Shown one piece after another: positions 48,707 to 58,214 of a DNA stretch of 64,000 nt. The notes beneath the pieces were generated by a model. That model ran no database searches. It had not been told where the DNA came from and saw only the letters and a list, made by a program, of their open reading frames with translations. Positions within the stretch are counted from its first letter, which is position 1. Every line of letters starts with the position of its first letter. The translations under genes were made by a program, and so were the position numbers. Source of the DNA: Methanobacteriota archaeon (GTDB lineage Archaea; Thermoplasmatota; Thermoplasmata; SG8-5; JAGLSY01); assembly GCA_020697715.1 (NCBI GenBank), contig JAEHCO010000001.1, positions 32,001 through 96,000 on the forward strand, written 5' to 3'.

Positions 48707-49585
48707 ATGCAAGATAGGATCTATTCAGTAAAATGCCCGAGTTGCGGAACAGTCCATAATGGCCCAATAGGTTACATGTCACCTCACCAGGGGTATTTTT
48801 ATTGCCAGAAATGCACAGCTACAGTGAATATCAACCCAGATACTGGCGAGATAATTCCATATGAAATTTGGACACAGCATAACTATTATTCAAAAAGATC
48901 ACATTATCCAGGTTTGTACGAGCTTGAGGACAAGCCTACTAAATTCTCACCAAACCTTCTGGTCAAAGCAATGTTCAAGCCGAAAGAAGCATTTACGGAA
49001 TTGTACCATATATCCAGCATGGAGATGGGGATCGCATTATTGATCATGTTTGCAGTATTGACATCGACTATCTCATTTTTGGCTTATCAAATATCAGGCT
49101 CGGATAATATTGCTGTCGGAATGGGTTCCCAACTTCCCATTTCCTGGGTAACATTGGCCTTAATTTCATTGCCACTGGCAATTTTATCTTCATTGATAAT
49201 GGGCTGGCTCGCGGCAAAGATATCCGAATACTTCAAGGGAAGAAATGATTTCAAGAAAACGATCGCGCTAATGGGATATGCTGGAATGCCAGGGTTTGTC
49301 ATTGGGATACTGAACAGCATGATAATCGCCTCCAGTCTTGTGACAATGCCAGACTATTCAGACCCTATGGATCTTGACATAAATGCACTTCTCGTTTATG
49401 CGGCAGTAATTGGCGTCATAGGAATTATCAGCCTGATATGGGGGTTGATAGTATATGGCTCTGCTGTTTCAGTGGCCAATAATGTCTCATTCGGCGAGGG
49501 GATCTTATGCTATTTGGGAGCGGCGATATTGGTGGGTATTCTGTCAGCAATATTAATGGTGCCATTAGCCTTTATCATGATCTGA
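48707..49585 (+). CDS. Yip1-family membrane protein with an N-terminal zinc ribbon
   Basis: CPSC..CQKC; FKPKEAF, about 5 TM helices, F.G...FKKTIALMGY..P pattern. Confidence 0.75.
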   Translation: MQDRIYSVKCPSCGTVHNGPIGYMSPHQGYFYCQKCTATVNINPDTGEIIPYEIWTQHNYYSKRSHYPGLYELEDKPTKFSPNLLVKAMFKPKEAFTELYHISSMEMGIALLIMFAVLTSTISFLAYQISGSDNIAVGMGSQLPISWVTLALISLPLAILSSLIMGWLAAKISEYFKGRNDFKKTIALMGYAGMPGFVIGILNSMIIASSLVTMPDYSDPMDLDINALLVYAAVIGVIGIISLIWGLIVYGSAVSVANNVSFGEGILCYLGAAILVGILSAILMVPLAFIMI

Positions 49586-49665
49586 TGAATAAATCTGAAA
49601 CCACCACTAATTATTACACCCAGGACATGAGTTCATTCTAAACTCACTAAACACATTCTGCCTAT

Positions 49666-50835
49666 TTATCCCAGTGGTGACATCTTCCTGAGCTTTTCTA
49701 TCACTCCAGGAAGTACCTCAAGCACCTTCTCGACTTCAGCATCGGTGGTTTGACGCCCCAGTGTGAGCCTCATGGAACCATGTGCTTCCTCAGCCTTGAG
49801 GCCAATGGCCAGCATGACATGGGATGGATCCAAAGATGCGGATGAGCATGCGGATCCAGTGGTGACCGCTATACCATGATAATCCAGATTCAGAAGGATC
49901 GCTTCTCCCTCTATGTGGGAGAACCTAACATTGACATTATTGGGCAAGCGCTTGGTCCTGTGACCATTAAGGTAGGTCTCTGGTATCTTGGCCATGATCT
50001 CATTGATCATATGATCGCGCATCTTCATTTCCCTGGCCGTATCCTCTTCCATCCTCTGGCCACATACTTCCGCGGCCTTGCCAAGGCCAACTATAGCAGG
50101 TACATTCTCGGTTCCCGATCTAAGACCTCTTTCATGACTTCCACCATGATTTATTCTTGATATTCGCAAGCCTTTTCGAATGTAGAGCGCGCCTATTCCC
50201 TTTGGAGCGTAGATCTTGTGCCCGGATAATGATAGAAGATCAATTCCCATTTCCTTAACATCAATGGGAATTTTACCATATGCCTGAACAGCATCCGTGT
50301 GCAGAATAGCTCCTTTCTCATGCGCGATCCTGGCCAGTTCCTTGATATCCTGGACAACGCCTATCTCATTATTACCGAATATTATAGAGACCAATGATGT
50401 ATTGTCCCTGAAAGAATCTGTATACTCATCGATCTTCACAATGCCTTCTTCATCCACAGGGACATAGGTGACCTCGAAGCCAGTTTTTTCCAGATGCTGG
50501 AAGGTTCTGAGGACTGCGGGATGTTCTATCGAAGAGGTCATGATATGCGTGCCGTTTTTCCTTGAGCCATTGAGATATCCCTTTATGGCCATATTATCGG
50601 ATTCGGTACCGCCAGATGTGAAAATAATTTCTTCAGGCTCTGCCCCGATAAGGTCCGCTACCTGTTTCCTTGCCTTTTCTATTCCCTCTCTGGATCCTCG
50701 ACCAAAGGAGTGGATATTGGATGCATTCCCGTATACTTCATTGAAATAGGGGAGCATGGCCTCCAATACCAGGGGGTCCACAGGTGTCGACGATGCATGG
50801 TCCATGTAAATTCTATCACTAGCCATTTCAATCAC
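49666..50835 (-). CDS. iscS: cysteine desulfurase
   Basis: YMDHASSTP, FTSGGTES, SGHKIYAPKG, RSGTENV, GSACSS. Confidence 0.95.
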   Translation of the reverse strand: MIEMASDRIYMDHASSTPVDPLVLEAMLPYFNEVYGNASNIHSFGRGSREGIEKARKQVADLIGAEPEEIIFTSGGTESDNMAIKGYLNGSRKNGTHIMTSSIEHPAVLRTFQHLEKTGFEVTYVPVDEEGIVKIDEYTDSFRDNTSLVSIIFGNNEIGVVQDIKELARIAHEKGAILHTDAVQAYGKIPIDVKEMGIDLLSLSGHKIYAPKGIGALYIRKGLRISRINHGGSHERGLRSGTENVPAIVGLGKAAEVCGQRMEEDTAREMKMRDHMINEIMAKIPETYLNGHRTKRLPNNVNVRFSHIEGEAILLNLDYHGIAVTTGSACSSASLDPSHVMLAIGLKAEEAHGSMRLTLGRQTTDAEVEKVLEVLPGVIEKLRKMSPLG

Positions 50836-50981
50836 TTGGCCACCTGTAATAGTTAATGGTATTTAACTCTGATTTTCTTGCACAACTTCATTTCCTTCAT
50901 GAATTGAATATAATGAGAGAATGTGCTTAAAAGAATGAAAAATGTTTTATCTTTTATTAGTATGACTTGGAACGTGATAGA

Positions 50982-51695
50982 ATGACCGAAATATTGTACA
51001 TGAAAGATAATGATTCAAATTACATCAAGGAATTCGAGGCAAGGGTTGTCAAGACCAAGGATAATTATGTCGTACTGGACAAGACCGCTTTCTATGCCAT
51101 CGGCGGAGGCCAGCCTTCAGATACTGGCCTTCTTCGCTGGAATGGTGGAGAAAGCAAGGTCATCGAGGTCACCAAGAAGGGTATCATCAAGCACCATCTG
51201 GAGGGAGGTATACCTCCAGATGGCACTGAGGTCAAGGGCATACTGGACTGGGATAAAAGATACGGCCACATGCGCATGCACACCGCCCAGCATATCGTAT
51301 CAGGGGTGGTGTTCGATGAGTTCGGAGCCAGAACAGTGGGTAACCAGCTTTACCACGACAAGGCAAGGGTGGATCTTCATCCGATCAAATTAGATGAAGA
51401 AGATCTGACAAAGATAGAAAAGATGGCCAATGATATCATCTCGCAGGAACTGGAGGTCAGCATATATACCGAGACTCGAGCCATTTTGCTATCCAGTGTG
51501 GATGTGGAAAGGAGTAATCTGGACCTCATACCCGAGCATATCGAGAACCTGAGGGTGGTGAATGTGAAGGACTTTGATATATGCCCATGTGCTGGCACCC
51601 ATGTGCGGAATACCAAAGAACTGGGTAAGGTCAACATTATCAAGAAGGACAATAAAGGTAAGGAAAGAGTTAGAATTACCTATGTTTTGGAATGA
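50982..51695 (+). CDS. alaX: AlaX-type trans-editing protein
   Basis: GGGQPSDTG, HTAQH and CAGTH Zn motifs. Confidence 0.9.
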   Translation: MTEILYMKDNDSNYIKEFEARVVKTKDNYVVLDKTAFYAIGGGQPSDTGLLRWNGGESKVIEVTKKGIIKHHLEGGIPPDGTEVKGILDWDKRYGHMRMHTAQHIVSGVVFDEFGARTVGNQLYHDKARVDLHPIKLDEEDLTKIEKMANDIISQELEVSIYTETRAILLSSVDVERSNLDLIPEHIENLRVVNVKDFDICPCAGTHVRNTKELGKVNIIKKDNKGKERVRITYVLE

Positions 51696-51810
51696 GTATT
51701 TGATCATTCTATCAATGAAATGGCAGAAAGGATAATAAAGCATAATCAAATACCACTTATTACCCTAATGAGAGCTTGGAATGATTCAATAAATAAAGGT
51801 GGAAATAATA

Positions 51811-53688
51811 ATGCCAGGAATATTCGGACTTATGGATCTCGATCATTCTATAAATGATACCTTTGAACTAATGAAAAAGACACTGAATTATATACCAAAA
51901 TTCAAAATGCAAGAGGAAAAAATAGATCTCGGCCTTGCTGGAAAACTCTCATTACCCATATTTGACAAAGGGGATCAAACCTCATGGAATATTGATAAGA
52001 CCATAATGATTATGATCGATGGATACATAGTTAACGGTGATGAGCTAATCGAGAAATATGGGCTCGATCATAAGCTCAAAGAGTCTTCATGGTCAGAATT
52101 GTGCATTAAGCTTTATGAAAAACTAGGAAAGCAATTCATAAAAGAATTGAATGGCTCTTTCAATATGTTCATATCCGACAGTGTGGATAATAAGATAATT
52201 TTGGCAAATGATCGTTTCGGACACCGGCCGCTCTATTATTATGCTGGAGATAAGCATTTGATATATTCTTATGAGTTCAAGGGAGTCCTTTGTGATAGAA
52301 GGATCCCCAGAAAGCTCGATCTGGATAGCGTGGGAAGTCTTTTCGCCTTTGGGTATGTTTGGGGAGATCGAACCCTTATTGAAGGAGTTAGGATGCTGGA
52401 CGCCGCTTCTATTCTAGAATGGGATGCCTCTGGAACGAAGATTGAAAATTATTGGTTTGTGAAATATCCTACGGATCAAGATCAAAAAGATCCTGTTGAC
52501 CTGAAAGATATAGACCACTACCTGGATCTGGCGATGAAGCGAATAAAAGGATTGACTGGCAATAAGATTTTGTTCCTAAGCGGAGGATTGGATTCCAGAG
52601 CGATAGGATGTTATTTCAACCGCCATGATATTGAATATTCGACAGGTTCATTTGGGACATCTGAAACAAATGATGTGAAGATTGCGAAACAGGTCTCTGA
52701 TAAACTATCAAAAAGCCACACTGCATATGGATTCAATACTCAGCAAGGGGAGAAGATCCTCAAAGATTTCTTAAAGATCACCGATGGAATGGTCTCATGC
52801 GCATATATGTCAAATGCCCTTCCATGGGATGAAATGGGGAAGACCTGGAATATCGCGGTTCATGGTAATGGAGGCGATCTGCTTTTCGGCTCTTATTATC
52901 GACTGGAATTCGACCAATTGCCAAAGGATGACAAGGCATATTCCATAATATTCAAAAGCTATAATACAGGATTTACAAAGGACCAGATGGAAAAATTATT
53001 CAAACCCAAATACTCAAACAGAATATGGAATGGCACTCTTAAGATGTTCAAGGACGCATATCCGGCAAATAAAGATCATTCTGCCAATAGGATATCCGAA
53101 TATCTATGTTTTGTGCAGAAAGTCAAACGATATGTCAGCGTATCACCCTGGGTAATAAACAACCATATGGAACCAGTGAACCCTTTCTTTGATAATGACC
53201 TCATCGATCTCACACTGAACCTATCAGAATCACAAAAAGAGAACCAAAATGCATATATCCATACTCTTATTGAACAATTCCCGGAGACCATGAGCATCCC
53301 CCGAGTTCATGGAATAGATATTGAAGAGATTAAGACCAGTCTATTCAAAGAAGATATTAAAAAGAAAAGGATCAAGCGGTTATTGGCACTACCCAAAATG
53401 GCCTACCGAAAATACATCTCAAACAAGTTATTTCCACAAAAGATACATTACTGGAACCTTGAGTATATGACAAGGCATGAATTCAAAGATGTGTTCAGAG
53501 ATTTCGTGCTCGATAAAAGGACACTAGATAGAGGATTTTTCGATCCAGATGAATTGAAAAGACTATGGTACCAACATACAAATGCCTTCTTCTTAAAGAA
53601 CAATAGTCCAAAGCTCGCTCTTATCGTGAGTTTTGAATACTTTTGCAGAACCTTTCTTGATGATGAACCTGATCTTAAGCTCAAATGA
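51811..53688 (+). CDS. asparagine synthase-like amidotransferase (probably glycan-modifying)
   Basis: LNGSF, DRFGHRPLYY, LSGGLDSR, GNGGD, PFFDND; N-terminus MPGIFG lacks the catalytic Cys. Confidence 0.82.
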   Translation: MPGIFGLMDLDHSINDTFELMKKTLNYIPKFKMQEEKIDLGLAGKLSLPIFDKGDQTSWNIDKTIMIMIDGYIVNGDELIEKYGLDHKLKESSWSELCIKLYEKLGKQFIKELNGSFNMFISDSVDNKIILANDRFGHRPLYYYAGDKHLIYSYEFKGVLCDRRIPRKLDLDSVGSLFAFGYVWGDRTLIEGVRMLDAASILEWDASGTKIENYWFVKYPTDQDQKDPVDLKDIDHYLDLAMKRIKGLTGNKILFLSGGLDSRAIGCYFNRHDIEYSTGSFGTSETNDVKIAKQVSDKLSKSHTAYGFNTQQGEKILKDFLKITDGMVSCAYMSNALPWDEMGKTWNIAVHGNGGDLLFGSYYRLEFDQLPKDDKAYSIIFKSYNTGFTKDQMEKLFKPKYSNRIWNGTLKMFKDAYPANKDHSANRISEYLCFVQKVKRYVSVSPWVINNHMEPVNPFFDNDLIDLTLNLSESQKENQNAYIHTLIEQFPETMSIPRVHGIDIEEIKTSLFKEDIKKKRIKRLLALPKMAYRKYISNKLFPQKIHYWNLEYMTRHEFKDVFRDFVLDKRTLDRGFFDPDELKRLWYQHTNAFFLKNNSPKLALIVSFEYFCRTFLDDEPDLKLK

Positions 53689-53719
53689 AGGCCCCTAATG
53701 CAGAAGCCTGATTCGAATA

Positions 53720-55120
53720 TCAAACATTTGTCACATCAGATGGTTTGGTAGAGATTTTTTTATCGATAACAGGAACCTTCCAGGTGCCCCTTGACACCCA
53801 GGCGATCGCCACCAATGCACTGATCACATTGCTCAGCATCATACCCACCCAGATACCTGTGGCCCCCCAGTCCATATAGAATGCTAAAAGGAATACTAGT
53901 GGAACACGCAGACCCCATAATCGGATGATACCGAGTATCATACTGGGAACTGTCTGGCCAGATGCCTGGAAAGCGGACTGCGCACTGCCAAATACCCCGA
54001 AAAAGAGAATGGACATCCCGAATATCATCAGGAATCTTCCTCCCTCTTCTATCACTTCACGGTCATTGATAAATAGCTCGAATATCGGCTTCCTGAAGAT
54101 GTAGAAAGTGGTCGAGCACATAAAGAGCAGGATGGCTGTGAGAGCCATCGTGGTGTTCAGCACCTTGCCTGCCCGTTTTATCTTATTGGCTCCCAGGTTC
54201 TGGCCGATCATGGTCATGGCCGCGCCGGTCAATCCGCCAGTTATGACGAATACCATGTTGATCACCCTGTTCCCAACTCCATAAGTCGCCAGAACGACAG
54301 TACTGGTCTGGGCCACAAAGCCCATTAATATAACGAATCCAAAAGCCACCATGGCTTGACCAACTGATGCTGGGATCCCGATCTTGAATATCTGGATGAC
54401 CTTTTCCTTCTCCAGTTTGAGATGGGACCATTTTATCGTCAGGCTCTTGCCCCTGAAGAGAAGGTAGAAACAGATAAAACCTCCAATACTGCGAGATATC
54501 AGAGTTGCTAATGCCGCACCTGTGACCCCATAGGCTGGCAATCCCCCCCATCCGAATATCAGAATGGGGTCCAGAACGATATTGAGGATCACACTGAAGG
54601 CCGCGATGTACATGGGTGTCTTCATATCTCCCCAGCCACGAAGTATGGCGGCATAGGTCATCATCATGAACATGAAGGGCATACTGACGAATATCACCTT
54701 GATGTAGGGAGATGCCAGTTCTATAAGAGCTGGGTCCGCACCCATGAAGTTCAGAACAGTATCTGTGGCTAATATTCCCACGAAGCATATCACGATGGAC
54801 ATCAGTGTAAGCAAGCCCATGACCTGCCCTGCAGATTTCTTGACCTCTTCCTCATCCTTCGCTCCCGTGTATTGAGCTACGAGAGCCACACCAGCGACTG
54901 AAAGCCCGGAAGCAAGAGATATGAAAAGGAATACTATTGGCCAGGCCAATGAAGGTGCTGCCACTGCCTCTACTGGATTAAGACCCAGGCTTCCGGTCTT
55001 GCCAAGCCAGTAAGTGTCTATGAGATTATAGGCCATTTGAAAGAATTGTGTAAGCATCATGGGCCAGCCAAGAATGAAAAGGGTCTTCGCTATGGGACCT
55101 CGAAGTATCATTCTCTGCAT
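53720..55120 (-). CDS. MATE family efflux transporter
   Basis: YNLIDTYWLG, LRGWGDMKTP, NIVLDPILIFG, IGQNLGA; may start at ATT 55150. Confidence 0.93.
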   Translation of the reverse strand: MQRMILRGPIAKTLFILGWPMMLTQFFQMAYNLIDTYWLGKTGSLGLNPVEAVAAPSLAWPIVFLFISLASGLSVAGVALVAQYTGAKDEEEVKKSAGQVMGLLTLMSIVICFVGILATDTVLNFMGADPALIELASPYIKVIFVSMPFMFMMMTYAAILRGWGDMKTPMYIAAFSVILNIVLDPILIFGWGGLPAYGVTGAALATLISRSIGGFICFYLLFRGKSLTIKWSHLKLEKEKVIQIFKIGIPASVGQAMVAFGFVILMGFVAQTSTVVLATYGVGNRVINMVFVITGGLTGAAMTMIGQNLGANKIKRAGKVLNTTMALTAILLFMCSTTFYIFRKPIFELFINDREVIEEGGRFLMIFGMSILFFGVFGSAQSAFQASGQTVPSMILGIIRLWGLRVPLVFLLAFYMDWGATGIWVGMMLSNVISALVAIAWVSRGTWKVPVIDKKISTKPSDVTNV

Positions 55121-55300
55121 TCGTTTGGAAGTTTGAACCGTCTTGCTAATTCAGACACCTCCATGAACCATCTCACAGAACAACTGCATATGTGTGCATA
55201 TATAGACATAGATATTTAAACATTTGTATGTATGTGCATATATGCAAATCAGAGCAGGTGCCGACATCAAATCTTTATATCAATGAGCGATGCTCGTATC

Positions 55301-55897
55301 ATGGAATATGATCAGGATATTGATATTCAGGTGGTTGATGGCGTATATGAACCAGCAGAGGATTCCTTCCTTCTGCTGAGATCCATTGACCTAAAGCCAG
55401 GCATGCAGATGCTCGGTATGCGGATGCTCGAGGTAGGTACTGGCTCTGGCTTCATCTCCTTGCATTGTGCAAAAGCAGGAGCAATGGTAACAGCCACGGA
55501 CATTAACCCCGTGGCTGTTGACAATGCCCGATCCAATGCAAAGCGGAACAATTTACAGATCGATATTGTCCAGACCGATCTGGGTTCCGGAATTTCTGGC
55601 AAGTTCGATATCATTCTGTTCAATCCACCCTACATCACAGGCGAGGATAGTGAAATATTGAACAATCGGGAGAAGGAGCAATTGGTCGGTGGTGAGGGCG
55701 GGCATGAATTATCTATCAGATTTCTGGATGAAGTGCGCGATCTTCTTTGCGAAGAGGGCAGTATATTCCTTCTGACATCATCCCAGTCAGAAAATAATAT
55801 ATTGGAATATGCCAGTAAGTATTTTGAATTCACAAAAAAAGGTACAGAGAACCTGTTCTTTGAGGTTCTCTCTGTTTATAGATTCATGAAAAATTGA
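55301..55897 (+). CDS. HemK2/Mtq2-like protein methyltransferase
   Basis: VYEPAEDSFLL, EVGTGSG, FNPPY. Confidence 0.9.
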   Translation: MEYDQDIDIQVVDGVYEPAEDSFLLLRSIDLKPGMQMLGMRMLEVGTGSGFISLHCAKAGAMVTATDINPVAVDNARSNAKRNNLQIDIVQTDLGSGISGKFDIILFNPPYITGEDSEILNNREKEQLVGGEGGHELSIRFLDEVRDLLCEEGSIFLLTSSQSENNILEYASKYFEFTKKGTENLFFEVLSVYRFMKN

Positions 55898-55975
55898 ATG
55901 GAAATTGATGCATGTGGATTTATACAAGCAAGCCATGAGATAAAATTATAAGTATCCATTTGTGATTGCTGGGCT

Positions 55976-56926
55976 ATGGTCAAGTATTCCTTGAATAAAT
56001 CTCCACCTCCACGCAGTATATGGATAGAACCCACCAATCACTGCAATCTCAAATGTGTGTTTTGTTTCCATGCGACCAATAAGATGACACGAGAAAAAAA
56101 GCATATGGAATTTGAGACATTCCAAAAAATAATATCAAATATCAAAGATTTCAAGCCTATGGTCGTTTTACATCACTCTGGAGAATCATTTTTGCATAAT
56201 CAACTGGTGGATTTCATAAAACATGCGAAAGAGAATGGATTGGAGGTAGGAATGACCACCAATGGCACTCTTCTGGAGAAAGATGATTGGGCAATATTGA
56301 ATTCTGGTATTGATAAACTGAATATCTCCTTTGCTGGTGTGGATGAAGAAGACTATGCTCTGGTTCGCCAAAAAGATGAATATGCCAAAGTGAGGCAGAA
56401 CACGATCAATATAGCCGCCAAAAAGATAGAAAGGAAGGTGAAGATGGATATTGTGGTGAATATCGTCCGTACTCAAAATAATAAAGACCGCATAACAGAA
56501 TTTGAGAGTTCCTATGGGGCTCTGGAAGGAATTGATAATGTACTTATCAGGGATCTAATGGATTGGCATGATGAGGTCGATGTGGAAGGTCTGGCACAAG
56601 AAAAGAAGAAAGGCCACAACAAATATATTGTGGCCGCTTGGAGACGGATGCATCGTGTCCTATACAGTATCAGTGGCAAGGAAGATCATTTCAATAAAGG
56701 ACAAATATGCCTCGCACCGTATTATTCTGCCGGGATCTTATCCAATGGCGCGGTCGTACCTTGCTGCTACGATTTCAATGGAGATATCGATCTGGGCAAT
56801 ATAAAGACAAAGAGCTTCCTGGACATATGGAATGGGGAGGAGATGAGACAGCTCAGGAAGATACTTAACTCGGAGAAGGAAACAGCCAAACATCCCATAT
56901 GCGGACCATGTCGAAAACCCTGGTAG
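55976..56926 (+). CDS. radical SAM / SPASM-domain protein
   Basis: CNLKCVFC; C-terminal C...VPCC...LGNI...IWNG...CGPC. Confidence 0.9.
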   Translation: MVKYSLNKSPPPRSIWIEPTNHCNLKCVFCFHATNKMTREKKHMEFETFQKIISNIKDFKPMVVLHHSGESFLHNQLVDFIKHAKENGLEVGMTTNGTLLEKDDWAILNSGIDKLNISFAGVDEEDYALVRQKDEYAKVRQNTINIAAKKIERKVKMDIVVNIVRTQNNKDRITEFESSYGALEGIDNVLIRDLMDWHDEVDVEGLAQEKKKGHNKYIVAAWRRMHRVLYSISGKEDHFNKGQICLAPYYSAGILSNGAVVPCCYDFNGDIDLGNIKTKSFLDIWNGEEMRQLRKILNSEKETAKHPICGPCRKPW

Positions 56927-57032
56927 GTCATCTACTCATTCCCAATATCCGCATACCGAATTAGATGGTTACAAACCAGAATGGGCAAAATATCGACTGC
57001 AACATATTTTTACCAGAGACCTTATATCAGCT

Positions 57033-58172
57033 GTGATGAAGATATTGATGCTCCTCTCCAATTCATTCACCCATGACCCCAGGGTGCATAGAGAAGCCTT
57101 GAGCCTTATCAAGCATGGCTATGAGGTCAAAATAGTATGCTGGGATAGGCAGAGTCAGCATACATTGGAAGATTCCAAAGATGGTATTAAGATCCATCGA
57201 GTTCATAATACTGGATTTATGAAGCTCATTCCTTATGATCTATTTAAGCTTGGATCATGGTGGAGACTAGGCTTCAAGCGTGCGGTGGCATTGCATGAAA
57301 AAGAAGGATTTGACATCATCCACTGCCATGACATGGACACACTGGACATAGGTGTTAAACTGAAGGATAAGCTGAAATTACCTTTGATATATGATGCCCA
57401 TGAGATATGGCCATATATGGTCAAGGGTGAGATCCCGAACTTTCTTATAGACCACTTTGAAAAGAAAGAGGGAAAGATGATAAAAAGGGCAGACAAGCTG
57501 ATAACTGTAAGTGAAAAGGTAGCGAAATATCTTGTTTCTCAGGGAGCCAACATGGAAGACATCAATATTGTGATGAATGCTAAAGAGCCTGTTGGATCAT
57601 ATACTCCGACAGACAATAATATCCCCAGTGTGCTGTACATTGGAACTCTCAAAAAGAATAGATTCGTCAAGGAACTGGCAGAGGCTGCTTCAAAAATAGA
57701 TGGCATACAGGCCATCATAGCAGGAATGGGATCTGAAGAAGAAATTTTGATAAGCATTGCAAAGGATTCTAAGAGCTTGAAATTCTTGGGCAAAGTACCC
57801 ATGAAGGAGGTCATACCCATGACCCTGGCTTCTGATATTGTATATTGTATGTTCGATCCAGATCACCCTCTTACAAAGATCGGCTCACCCAATAAATTCT
57901 TCGAAGCACTGGCCACTGGCCGACCTATCCTCGCATCCAAAGGAACTTATGTAGGGGAGATGGTCGAGAAACTGAACTGTGGTATTGTGGCTGATCCCAC
58001 CATAAGTGGGATCCAAGACAGACTTTTATTCATCAAAGAACATCCTGAGGAACTGGAACAGATGGGGCGAAATGCACTGAAAGCCGCCTTGGATGGATAT
58101 AACTGGGAAGCACAGGAAAAAGTATTGATAGGGGTCTACGAAAGAATGAAAACAGAGAAATCACAAGGCTAG
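57033..58172 (+). CDS. glycosyltransferase family 4
   Basis: DPRVHREA, YDAHE, PNKFFEALATGRP. Confidence 0.9.
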   Translation: MMKILMLLSNSFTHDPRVHREALSLIKHGYEVKIVCWDRQSQHTLEDSKDGIKIHRVHNTGFMKLIPYDLFKLGSWWRLGFKRAVALHEKEGFDIIHCHDMDTLDIGVKLKDKLKLPLIYDAHEIWPYMVKGEIPNFLIDHFEKKEGKMIKRADKLITVSEKVAKYLVSQGANMEDINIVMNAKEPVGSYTPTDNNIPSVLYIGTLKKNRFVKELAEAASKIDGIQAIIAGMGSEEEILISIAKDSKSLKFLGKVPMKEVIPMTLASDIVYCMFDPDHPLTKIGSPNKFFEALATGRPILASKGTYVGEMVEKLNCGIVADPTISGIQDRLLFIKEHPEELEQMGRNALKAALDGYNWEAQEKVLIGVYERMKTEKSQG

Positions 58173-58214
58173 TACATTTATATATACCTTAGGAATTCAA
58201 AGCTTAGGTACATA

